The position numbers and the translations under genes were made by a program. Source: a bacterium (GTDB taxonomy: Bacteria; Planctomycetota; B15-G4). From it: a stretch of 64,000 bases of DNA. Position 1 is the stretch's first letter. The number at the start of each line of letters is the position of its first letter. The notes under the pieces were generated by a model. The model was given only the letters and a program-made list of their open reading frames with translations, was not told the DNA's origin and searched no databases. The stretch covers positions 18,105-82,104 of the forward strand of contig JAUIEF010000001.1 of assembly GCA_030428785.1 (NCBI GenBank), read 5' to 3'. Positions 47,356-55,323 of this stretch are shown here, piece after piece.

Positions 47356-47381
47356 GTTTGACAATAGACAAGATTTCAAAC
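47356..47381. promoter_or_regulatory. AT-rich divergent control region with an inverted repeat and a consensus -35 hexamer
   Basis: GTTTGA-14 nt-TCAAAC (47356-47381). TTGACA at 47358-47363 faces the protease gene. This is the only AT-rich stretch for kilobases. Confidence 0.4.
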
Positions 47382-47423
47382 AAACGCCAGACTCTGCGCT
47401 CCCCCCGTCGAGGAGCGACGTCG

Positions 47424-48578
47424 ATGACCGCCACGCCCCCCGCCCTGCGCCGCGCGCTCCCGGTCGCGCTCCTCGCGCTGGCCGCCGCCGCGCCGCCCGT
47501 CTTCCTCCGCCACGACCGCGACGAGGCCCGGTCGCTCGAACGCGCCCGCCCGCTCGCGGCCACGGTCCGCATCGGGTCGATCGGCACGGGCACGCTCGTC
47601 GCGCCGCGCTGGGTGCTCACGGCAGCGCACGTCGTCGACGGCCTGTGGCCCGGCACGGGGACGGTCTTCGTCGAGGACCGCCCGGTCGCCGTGCTCTCCG
47701 TGCACCGGCACCCCGAGGGGGACAGCCCGATCCCCGGGCAGCCGCCGGAGGTCGACCTCGCGCTCGTGCGCCTGGCCGAGGCGGTCGACGTCCCGCCCGC
47801 GCCGCTCGCCGCGACGGACGTCCGGCCGGGCGACGCCGTGGTCGTCGCGGGCTACGGCGACTTCGCGCTCGCGGGCACGGGCGACGTCCGGCCGCCCGAC
47901 GGACGGCGGCGCGCCGCGACGAACACGGTGGACGAGGTCGGCGAGCTGCGCTTCGTCATGCACCTCGACCGCGACGGCACGGAGCTCGAGGGCGTGAGCG
48001 CGCCGGGCGACTCCGGCGGGCCCGTCTACGTCGAGACGGACGACGGCCCCGCGCTCGCCGGCGTGAGCTCCGGCGGCTTCGGCGCGTGGGGCGCGTACGG
48101 CATGGGCGACCTCGCCGTGCGCGTGCGCGTGTTCGCGCCGTGGATCCGCGAGACGACCGCGCGCGTCGACGCGGGCGAGGTCCCGATCCCGGAGTGGACG
48201 ACGACGGACGCGCCGCCCGCGACGCCCGCCGGCCGCACGCTCACCGCCTTCGTCGACGCGCTCTCCGCCGTCGACCCGTCCCGGCTCGTCGCCTTCGCCG
48301 AGGAACGGCTCGCGCCGCGCGCGACGCGCGGGCTGCCGGCGGACGAGTGGGCGCGCGAGACGGCGCTCTTCGGCGTGCAGGGCGTGCCGCTGCGCGTCGT
48401 GCGCTGCGCCGCGTCGGCGGAGGAGCTCGTCGCGCTCCTGTCCGTGGACGAGGGCGCCGACTGGCTGCACCTCCGCGTCGCGCTCGGCGACGACGGACGC
48501 GCGACGACGCTCGTGCTCTCGCCGGGCGCGCCGCCGGTCGACGCGGACGAGGACGCGGCGCCCGACGACGGACGCTGA
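47424..48578 (+). CDS. Secreted trypsin-like (S1) serine protease with a C-terminal domain of unknown function
   Basis: In the frame of track ORF 45342..48578. ATG 47424 is preceded by GAGGAG. Triad context LTAAHVV, DLALVRL, GDSGGPV. Confidence 0.88.
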   Translation: MTATPPALRRALPVALLALAAAAPPVFLRHDRDEARSLERARPLAATVRIGSIGTGTLVAPRWVLTAAHVVDGLWPGTGTVFVEDRPVAVLSVHRHPEGDSPIPGQPPEVDLALVRLAEAVDVPPAPLAATDVRPGDAVVVAGYGDFALAGTGDVRPPDGRRRAATNTVDEVGELRFVMHLDRDGTELEGVSAPGDSGGPVYVETDDGPALAGVSSGGFGAWGAYGMGDLAVRVRVFAPWIRETTARVDAGEVPIPEWTTTDAPPATPAGRTLTAFVDALSAVDPSRLVAFAEERLAPRATRGLPADEWARETALFGVQGVPLRVVRCAASAEELVALLSVDEGADWLHLRVALGDDGRATTLVLSPGAPPVDADEDAAPDDGR

Positions 48579-48676
48579 CGTCGGACCGGGACGTCGCGCC
48601 GACCGCCGCCGCGGCGTCGTGCGCGGTCGGACGTTCCCCCGTCAGCGCGCCGCGGGGTCCACGACGAGGTCGCCCG

Positions 48677-49372
48677 TCACGCCTCGTCGAGCATCCGCCG
48701 CGCCCAGCCCTGCTCGCGGAGCCGCGCGCGCAGGCGCTGCCAGCGCTTGACGACCGCCGCCTCGCCGAGGTCGAGCCGGCGCGCCGCCTCCGCGCAGGTG
48801 AGCCCCTCGAGGCCGCAGTGCACGAGGAGCTGCCGGTCCTCGTCGGCCAGCTCGCCGACGCGCTCCACGAACGCGCCGACCGCCTCGTCGCGACCGAGCC
48901 GCCGCGAGAGCGACGTCACGTCGTCGGGCACGTTCGCGAGCGCGAAGAGCCGCGTCGTCGGCCCGCCCTCCCCCGCCGCCCACGGCGAGCGCCGCAGCTT
49001 GCGGAAGCCCTCGAGGAGCACGTTCTTCGCGATGGTGAAGAGCCACGCGCGGAAACTGCGCGTCGCCGGGTCGAAGCGCGGGAAGGCAGTCACCGCGCGC
49101 ACCCATACTTCCTGCACGAGGTCGGCCGGGTCGACGTGCATGCGCATGGAGCGTCGGATGCGGAGCTGCGCCCAGGCGTGGAGCGCCGGCGCGACCCGCT
49201 CGTAGAGCGCGGCGAACTGCGCGGCGTCCCCGCCCTGCGCGCCCGCGGCGAGCCGCTCGGTGGGCGCGTCGAGGGGCGGCACCGGCTCCGCTCCGGACGG
49301 CGACTCCGGACCGGAGGCGGACGGCCCCCCGCCGGCGGGGAGCGGCTCGTCGCTGGACGGTCGGTCGACCAT
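48677..49372 (-). CDS. ECF-type RNA polymerase sigma-70 family factor (no adjacent anti-sigma gene)
   Basis: Last 231 codons of track ORF 48677..51385, from ATG 49372. Sigma-2 region DLVQEVWVRAVTAFPRFDPATRSFRAWLFTIAKNV. Sigma-4 region LEGLTCAEAARRLDLGEAAVVKRWQRLRARL. Confidence 0.9.
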   Translation of the reverse strand: MVDRPSSDEPLPAGGGPSASGPESPSGAEPVPPLDAPTERLAAGAQGGDAAQFAALYERVAPALHAWAQLRIRRSMRMHVDPADLVQEVWVRAVTAFPRFDPATRSFRAWLFTIAKNVLLEGFRKLRRSPWAAGEGGPTTRLFALANVPDDVTSLSRRLGRDEAVGAFVERVGELADEDRQLLVHCGLEGLTCAEAARRLDLGEAAVVKRWQRLRARLREQGWARRMLDEA

Positions 49373-49502
49373 GCTGCTCCCGCGCTCTCGGACCTCGGCC
49401 GACGCGCGACGCCCCCCGCGCCGCGACCGTTCGACGCCCCGCAGCGTCCGCCCCGTCCGCGAGACGGTCAAGCCCGGCGCACCGCCCCGGCGCCGCGACC
49501 GG

Positions 49503-49537
49503 GATTTTCCCGTCCACCGGACGGCCGTTCCGGTCAC
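49503..49537 (+). promoter_or_regulatory. Conserved promoter-like element P1 upstream of the kinase-CHAT operon (candidate ECF target promoter)
   Basis: GATTTTCCCGTCCACCGGACGGCCGTTCCGGTCAC. It is 29/35 identical, with no gaps, to 55229-55263. It ends 63 nt before GTG 49601. Confidence 0.6.
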
Positions 49538-49600
49538 CACCCCCGCGACGGCAGGCACCGCGTATCCTGTCGGACGCCGAGGCCAGGAGAGGGCCCCCCC

Positions 49601-51646
49601 GTGGACACGGAACAGCGCGACGCGCTCGTCTTCGACTTCGTCGACCACCTGCTCGACGACGTGGAGTCGGGGGAGATCCGGCCGCTCCACGAGTACCTGC
49701 GCCGCTTCCCCGGCTGCGAGGAGGACGTGGCGCGCGAGTACTTCGCGATGCTCAAGGTCCCGGAGGACGAGGCGGACGAGGAGCTGCGCGTCGGGCCCTA
49801 CCGGCTGCTGCGGCGGCTCGGGCGCGGCGGGCAGGGCGTCGTGTGGCTCGCGGAGGACGCGCGCATCGACCGGCGGGTCGCGCTCAAGATGCTCTCGACA
49901 CCGCTCGGCGGCGTGCCCGAGGCGAAACGCGAGCGGCTGCGGCGCGAGGCGGAGCTCGTGAGCCGGCTCGAGCACCCGGACCTGTGCGCGGTGTACGACG
50001 CGGACCTCACGGGCGAGGTCCCGTACGTCGCGATGCGGCTCGTCGAGGGACGGACGCTCGCGGCGGTGCTCGCGGAGGCGCGGTCGGGAGCGGCTCCCGG
50101 AGTCGACCCGACGGAAGGCGGGCCCGCCGGCATCGACGCGCGCGCGACGCTCCCGGTCCGGCCGTCGACGCCGGAGGAGGTCGCGGTGCTCTGCGCGTGG
50201 TTCGAGCAGGCCGCGCGCGCGCTCCACGCGGCGCACGAGGCGGGCGTCGTGCACCGCGACGTCAAGCCGGGCAACCTCATGGTCACGCCCGAGGGGCGGC
50301 CGGTCGTGCTCGACTTCGGGCTCGCGCGCACGCTCGCGCACGACGACGCGACGCTCACGGCGACGGGCGAGGTCTTCGGCACGCTCGCGTACGTCGCGCC
50401 GGAGCGGCTCGGTCGCGGCGCGGGCCGCGCGCCCGATCGGCGCGTCGACGTCTACGCGCTGGGCGTCACGCTCCACGAGGCGCTCACGCTGCGCTGCCCG
50501 TACGCCGCGGACACGCCGGAGGAGCTGCTCGAGGTCGTGCTGCGCGGCGAGGCGCCGTCGACGCGGCGGGACGACCCGTCGCTGCCGCGCGACCTCGACG
50601 CCGTGTGTCTCACCGCGATGGCGCCCGAGCCGTCGCGCCGCTACGCCACGGCGGAGGCCTTCGCCGAGGACCTCGCCGCCGTGCGCGAGGGACGCCCCGT
50701 CGCGGCGCGTCCGCGCTCCGCCTCGACGCGTCTGCTGCGGCGCGCCTCGCGCCACCCGTGGACGGCCGGCGTCGCCGCGGCGCTCGTGCTCGTCACGGCG
50801 GCGGCCGTCGCGCTCGGCGAGGGCTGGCGCGACGAGGCCGCGGCGCACGAGCGCTCGCACGAGGACCACGTCCTCGCGCACGCCGCCTTCCTGCGCCTGC
50901 GCGACGCGCACCGCGAGGCGCGCGTGCCGGACCCCGCCGACGAGGCGGTCGTCGCGCGCTTCATCCCGCCCGACGCGACGCTCGAGCGCACGCTCATCCT
51001 CGGCTCGCCGCTCTCGCGCGACGCGGCCGAGCTCTTCGTGCGCTACGCGGCCGACGCGACGCGCGGCACCGACGACGCCGTCGAGGCCCGCGCGCCGCGC
51101 GGCCGGATCGTCGATGCGACGCCGACCTTCGTGCTCGCGGGCGCTGCGTCCGACACGCCGCGCGCGCTCGCGCTGCGCATCGAGCAGCCCGGCACGGGCG
51201 TCCCGCCGCGCGTCCGTCGGATCGAGTGGCCGGCCGGCGCGGACAGCGCGTCGTGGACGGCGGAGGACCCGCTCGCCGCGGGGCACGGGCGCTGGACCGT
51301 CTTCGCGATCGGACCGGACGACATGGTCCCCGACGACGCGACGCCGCTCGCGTCCGCGGTGTTCGAGCGGGTCGACGCCGCGCACGTCGACGCGCTGCTC
51401 GCGGACGTGGAGCCCACGGGCGACCCGACCCTCGACGCGGAGCTCCGCGCGCTCGCGCTGCTCCGCGACGGCCTCGGCGCCCCCGCGCGCGACCTGCTCG
51501 CCGACGCGCCGCGCGTCGACGACACGCCCGCGCGCGCGCGCCGCCTCCTGCTCGAGGCCTGGGCCGCCGGCCTGCTCGGCGAGCGCTCGCGCGTCGCGAC
51601 GCTCCGCGCGGACTGGCTCGCGCTCCGCGGAGCCGACGGCGGGTGA
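49601..51646 (+). CDS. Membrane-spanning Ser/Thr protein kinase with an extracytoplasmic C-terminal domain
   Basis: In the frame of track ORF 47645..51646. GTG 49601 is preceded by AGGAGAG. GRGGQGVVW, VALKM, VHRDVKPGN, DFGLAR, YVAPE. TM helix WTAGVAAALVLVTAAAVAL, then ~270 aa of unrecognised sequence. Confidence 0.9.
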   Translation: MDTEQRDALVFDFVDHLLDDVESGEIRPLHEYLRRFPGCEEDVAREYFAMLKVPEDEADEELRVGPYRLLRRLGRGGQGVVWLAEDARIDRRVALKMLSTPLGGVPEAKRERLRREAELVSRLEHPDLCAVYDADLTGEVPYVAMRLVEGRTLAAVLAEARSGAAPGVDPTEGGPAGIDARATLPVRPSTPEEVAVLCAWFEQAARALHAAHEAGVVHRDVKPGNLMVTPEGRPVVLDFGLARTLAHDDATLTATGEVFGTLAYVAPERLGRGAGRAPDRRVDVYALGVTLHEALTLRCPYAADTPEELLEVVLRGEAPSTRRDDPSLPRDLDAVCLTAMAPEPSRRYATAEAFAEDLAAVREGRPVAARPRSASTRLLRRASRHPWTAGVAAALVLVTAAAVALGEGWRDEAAAHERSHEDHVLAHAAFLRLRDAHREARVPDPADEAVVARFIPPDATLERTLILGSPLSRDAAELFVRYAADATRGTDDAVEARAPRGRIVDATPTFVLAGAASDTPRALALRIEQPGTGVPPRVRRIEWPAGADSASWTAEDPLAAGHGRWTVFAIGPDDMVPDDATPLASAVFERVDAAHVDALLADVEPTGDPTLDAELRALALLRDGLGAPARDLLADAPRVDDTPARARRLLLEAWAAGLLGERSRVATLRADWLALRGADGG

Positions 51647-54600
51647 GGCCTGCCGCGTTCGTGCTCCTCGCGCTGCTCGCCGCCGGCGCGCCGGCCCAGG
51701 ACACCGACGGCGCCCTCGCCCGCGCGACCGCGCTCCAGGACCGCGCGCTCGCGCTCGCCGAGTCGGGCCGACCGGGCGACGCCGCCGACGCCTTCCTCGA
51801 GGCGGCGCCGCTCTTCGGCGAGGCTGGCCGCGACGAGGACCGCGCCAAGTGCCTCCACAACGCGGGCGCGCTCTACACGGACGCCGGCCGTCACGAGGAG
51901 TCCGTCGACGCCTTCGCGCGCGCGCAGACGTGGTGCGCCCGCGTGCGGAAGGCGTCGTGGGCCGCGAGCTCCGTGTACGGCCGGGCGCTCGCGCTCGCCG
52001 CGCTCGACCGCGAGGGCGAGGCCGTCGAGGCCTTCGCGATCGCCGTCGCGCTCTTCGAGCAGCTGGGCGACGACGGGCAGCTCGCGATCGCCACGCACGA
52101 CCTCGGCGCGTCGCTCGCGAACCTGCGGCGGTTCGACGAGTCCGCAGAGACCTTCCTGCTCGCGGAGCGACGCACGCTCGCGATCGGCGACCTCGCGGGC
52201 GCCGCGATGTCCGCCGAGTCGGCCGGCACGGTGCTGCGCTCCGCGGAGCGTCACGCCGAGTCGGCCGAGGCGCTCGACCGCGCGGTCGCGCGCCGCCTCC
52301 CCGACGACGGGCGGCCCGTCGGCGGCCCGGGCACGGTCGGCGGGCTGCTCCGCGAGCGCGGCACGACGCTCCTCATGCTCAACCGCTGGGACGACGCGCT
52401 CGCCGACTTCGAGGCGGCGGCGCCGATGCTCGAGGCGGCGGGCGACGCGTCGGGCCTCGCGTGGCTGCACTGGCACCGCGGCCAGACGCTGCGCACGCTC
52501 GGCCGCTACGAGGAGGCGGTCGCCGCCTTCGACGCGTCGGAGCGGCTCGCCGCGGGCCGCGACCCGGAGCTCCTCGCGAACCTGCTCCTGGGCCGCGCCG
52601 ACGTGCTCGTCTACCGCGGCCGTCTCTCGGAGTCGCTCGAGGTGCTCGAGGAGGCGTCGGCGCTCGTCGACCTGCTCGCCGGACCGCCCGGCTCGCGTCC
52701 GCGCACCGCGGTCCCGCACGGCCTGCTCCAGCTCCGCGGCTCGGTCGCGACGCGGCGCGGCGAGGTGCTGCGCAACCTCGGCCACTTCGGCGACGCGCTC
52801 GCCGAGCTCGCCGCGGCCGAGGAGCACCACCGCGCGTCGGGCAAGCGCGCGCCGCTCGCCGCGGCGATCCTCGACCGGGCGGAGCTGCTCGCCGAGCTCG
52901 GACGGCAGGAGGAGGCGCTCGCCGGCTTCGACGAGGCCGGCCGGCTCTTCGCGGAGCTGGGCGACGCCGAGTGGGGCGCGCACGTCGAGATCGGTCGCGC
53001 GACGGCGCTGCGGCTCGCCGGCGAGCCGCGCCTCGCGCTCGACGCGCTGCGCCGCGCGCGTCCCGTCGTCGAGGGCCTCGGCAACGCGCGGCAGGTCGCG
53101 CACATGGACTTCGAGCGCGTCATCCTGCTGCGGACGCTCGGGCGCACGGGTCACGCGGAGGAGCTGCTCGAGGAGATCGAGGAGGGCTTCGTCGCGTACG
53201 GCGGGCGCGTCGCGGAGGCGCGCGCGGCGCTCGAGCACGCGGCGCTCCACCACCTCGCCGGGCGCGACGAGGACGCGCTCGCGGAGGCGGAGCGCGCGGA
53301 CCTCCTGTGGGAGGCGGAGGGCCACCTCCAGCAGCGCGTGCGGAGCGCGGCGATGCGCGGCGACCTGCTCGCCGGGCTCGGGCGCGACGACGAGGCGCTC
53401 GACGCGTACGACGTCGCGGTCGACGGGCTCGAGGCGCTGCTCGTCGGGCGGACCGCCGGGCTCGGCGCGGAGAGCGTGACCGGCCTGCGCGCGGCCTTCG
53501 CGGAGATCGTGCCGCCGTACCTCGCGCTCGCGGCGGCGCGCGCGGCGGACGCCGACGTCGCGCGGGCGTGGCGCGTCGTCGAGGTGTTCCAGGGGCTCGG
53601 CGCGGCGCAGCTCGTCGCGGAGCGCGGCCGCCTGCGCGACGACGCGCTGCCGCCGGACGTCTCGCGGACGCTGCGCGACGCGCGGCGCGCGCTCAGCGAG
53701 GCGGCGGACGCGGTCGTCGGGGACGCCGCCGGCGACGACGACGCCGGGCGCGCGGAGCTCGCCGAGCGGCGTCGGGAGCTCGCGCGCGCGGAGGACGACG
53801 CGCGGCTCGTCGCGCGCGCGGCGGTCGTGCCGGAGGTCGCGTCGCTCGCGGAGGTCGCGGCGGCGCTCGGGAGCGGCGAGACGCTCGTGCAGTACGCGGC
53901 GCTCGGCGCGCGGGTGCACGCGCTCGTCGTGTCCGCCGACGGTGCGCGGCTCGTCCCGATCGGTCCGTCCGAGGCGGTGGACGCCGCCGTGGAGCGCGTG
54001 CTCGACCGGCTCGACCCGGGGCGACGTCGACCGGCGCCGCTGCCCGCGGAGCTCGCCGCGGACCTGCGCGCGCTCGGCCGCCTCGTGCTCGACCCGGTGC
54101 TCGCGGGGCGCGCGCCGCCCGCGCGGCTCGTCGTCGTGCCGTCCGGACTGCTGTGCCGCGTGCCGTTCGGGGCGCTGCTCACGGCGGACGTCGCGCCCGG
54201 CGCGGAGCAGGCCGCCTGGCCCTTCCTCGCGGCGGCCGTCGACACGACCTGCGCGCACTCGGGCACGACGTGGATCGCGATGCGACGCCGCGCCGATGCG
54301 CCGCGCGACGCCGACGGCCCGGCCTACGTCGCGTTCGCGGACCCCGAGGACGCGAGCGTGCGCTCGCGCGCCGCGACGCTCGCGGCCGGCGCGCCGTCGA
54401 CGCACGACGGCGCCCCCGCGGGCGCGCCCGGTCCGGACGCCCCGCCCGCCCCCGACCGCGGACCGCGCGGGCTCGCGTCGCTGCCGCGCACGATCGACGA
54501 GGTCGCGGCCGTCGCGCGGCTCTTCGCGGGCGACGGGGACGCCGCCGCGCTCGACGCGCTCGAGGAGGCGCTGCTCGTCGGCGGCGCGGTCCCCGGCGTC

Positions 54601-55119
54601 GTGAGCGGCGACGACTTCCTGCTCCTGCTGCGCGGCCGCGCGACCGAGGCGCAGCTCCGTCGTCGCGCGACGGTGCGCGGCGCGCGCGTGCTCCACCTCG
54701 CGTGCCACGGCGCCGCCGACCCGGTGACGCCCGGCCTGTCGCGCCTCGAGCTCGGACGCGCGGGCACGGAGGACGGCCGGCTCTTCACCGACGAGCTCGC
54801 GACGCTCGACCTCTCGTGCGAGCTCCTCGTGCTCTCGGCCTGCGAGACGAACGCCGGGCCGCTCCGCGCGCTCGAGGGCGTCGACGGACTCACGCGCGCC
54901 GGGCTCGCGGCGGGCGCGCGCGCCGTGCTCTCGACGCTCTGGCGCGTGCCCGACGACGGCGCGCGGCGGCTCGTGACGTCCTTCCACGAGGCGTGGCTCG
55001 GCGAGGGGCTCCCGCGCGCGCGCGCCCTCGGCGAGGCCCGGCGCCGGGCGATCCGCGAGGGCCTGCCCGTCCGGGCGTGGGCGGCCTTCCAGCTCTGGGA
55101 CGGCGCCCCGGCGGACTGA
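51643..55119 (+). CDS. Secreted TPR repeat plus CHAT (caspase-like) domain protein
   Basis: In the frame of track ORF 49843..55119. GTG 51643 overlaps the kinase stop (GTGA). Signal (M)RPAAFVLLALLAAGAPAQD. ~900 aa of TPR-like repeats. CHAT dyad context VLHLACHGA (His codon 54706-54708) and LVLSACETN (Cys codon 54841-54843). Confidence 0.9.
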   Translation: MRPAAFVLLALLAAGAPAQDTDGALARATALQDRALALAESGRPGDAADAFLEAAPLFGEAGRDEDRAKCLHNAGALYTDAGRHEESVDAFARAQTWCARVRKASWAASSVYGRALALAALDREGEAVEAFAIAVALFEQLGDDGQLAIATHDLGASLANLRRFDESAETFLLAERRTLAIGDLAGAAMSAESAGTVLRSAERHAESAEALDRAVARRLPDDGRPVGGPGTVGGLLRERGTTLLMLNRWDDALADFEAAAPMLEAAGDASGLAWLHWHRGQTLRTLGRYEEAVAAFDASERLAAGRDPELLANLLLGRADVLVYRGRLSESLEVLEEASALVDLLAGPPGSRPRTAVPHGLLQLRGSVATRRGEVLRNLGHFGDALAELAAAEEHHRASGKRAPLAAAILDRAELLAELGRQEEALAGFDEAGRLFAELGDAEWGAHVEIGRATALRLAGEPRLALDALRRARPVVEGLGNARQVAHMDFERVILLRTLGRTGHAEELLEEIEEGFVAYGGRVAEARAALEHAALHHLAGRDEDALAEAERADLLWEAEGHLQQRVRSAAMRGDLLAGLGRDDEALDAYDVAVDGLEALLVGRTAGLGAESVTGLRAAFAEIVPPYLALAAARAADADVARAWRVVEVFQGLGAAQLVAERGRLRDDALPPDVSRTLRDARRALSEAADAVVGDAAGDDDAGRAELAERRRELARAEDDARLVARAAVVPEVASLAEVAAALGSGETLVQYAALGARVHALVVSADGARLVPIGPSEAVDAAVERVLDRLDPGRRRPAPLPAELAADLRALGRLVLDPVLAGRAPPARLVVVPSGLLCRVPFGALLTADVAPGAEQAAWPFLAAAVDTTCAHSGTTWIAMRRRADAPRDADGPAYVAFADPEDASVRSRAATLAAGAPSTHDGAPAGAPGPDAPPAPDRGPRGLASLPRTIDEVAAVARLFAGDGDAAALDALEEALLVGGAVPGVVSGDDFLLLLRGRATEAQLRRRATVRGARVLHLACHGAADPVTPGLSRLELGRAGTEDGRLFTDELATLDLSCELLVLSACETNAGPLRALEGVDGLTRAGLAAGARAVLSTLWRVPDDGARRLVTSFHEAWLGEGLPRARALGEARRRAIREGLPVRAWAAFQLWDGAPAD

Positions 55120-55228
55120 GCCCCGGCGCGGCGACACGTCCCCGCGCCCACGCGGCCCGGCGGCGCCCCGGCGGCGCGCGGAACGGCCCCGGAAGGCCCG
55201 CGCACGGCCGCGGATCGCCCCCCCCAAC

Positions 55229-55263
55229 GATTTTCCTGTCCACCGCGCGGGCGCCCCGGTCAC
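55229..55263 (+). promoter_or_regulatory. Conserved promoter-like element P2 upstream of the NHL-LamG gene
   Basis: GATTTTCCTGTCCACCGCGCGGGCGCCCCGGTCAC. Same length and register as P1. It ends 60 nt before ATG 55324. Confidence 0.6.
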
Positions 55264-55323
55264 GGGGGAGATGTCCGACGCGGGCCGCGGGGCCCGCGGA
55301 CAGCACAGAACAGGAGATCGACC

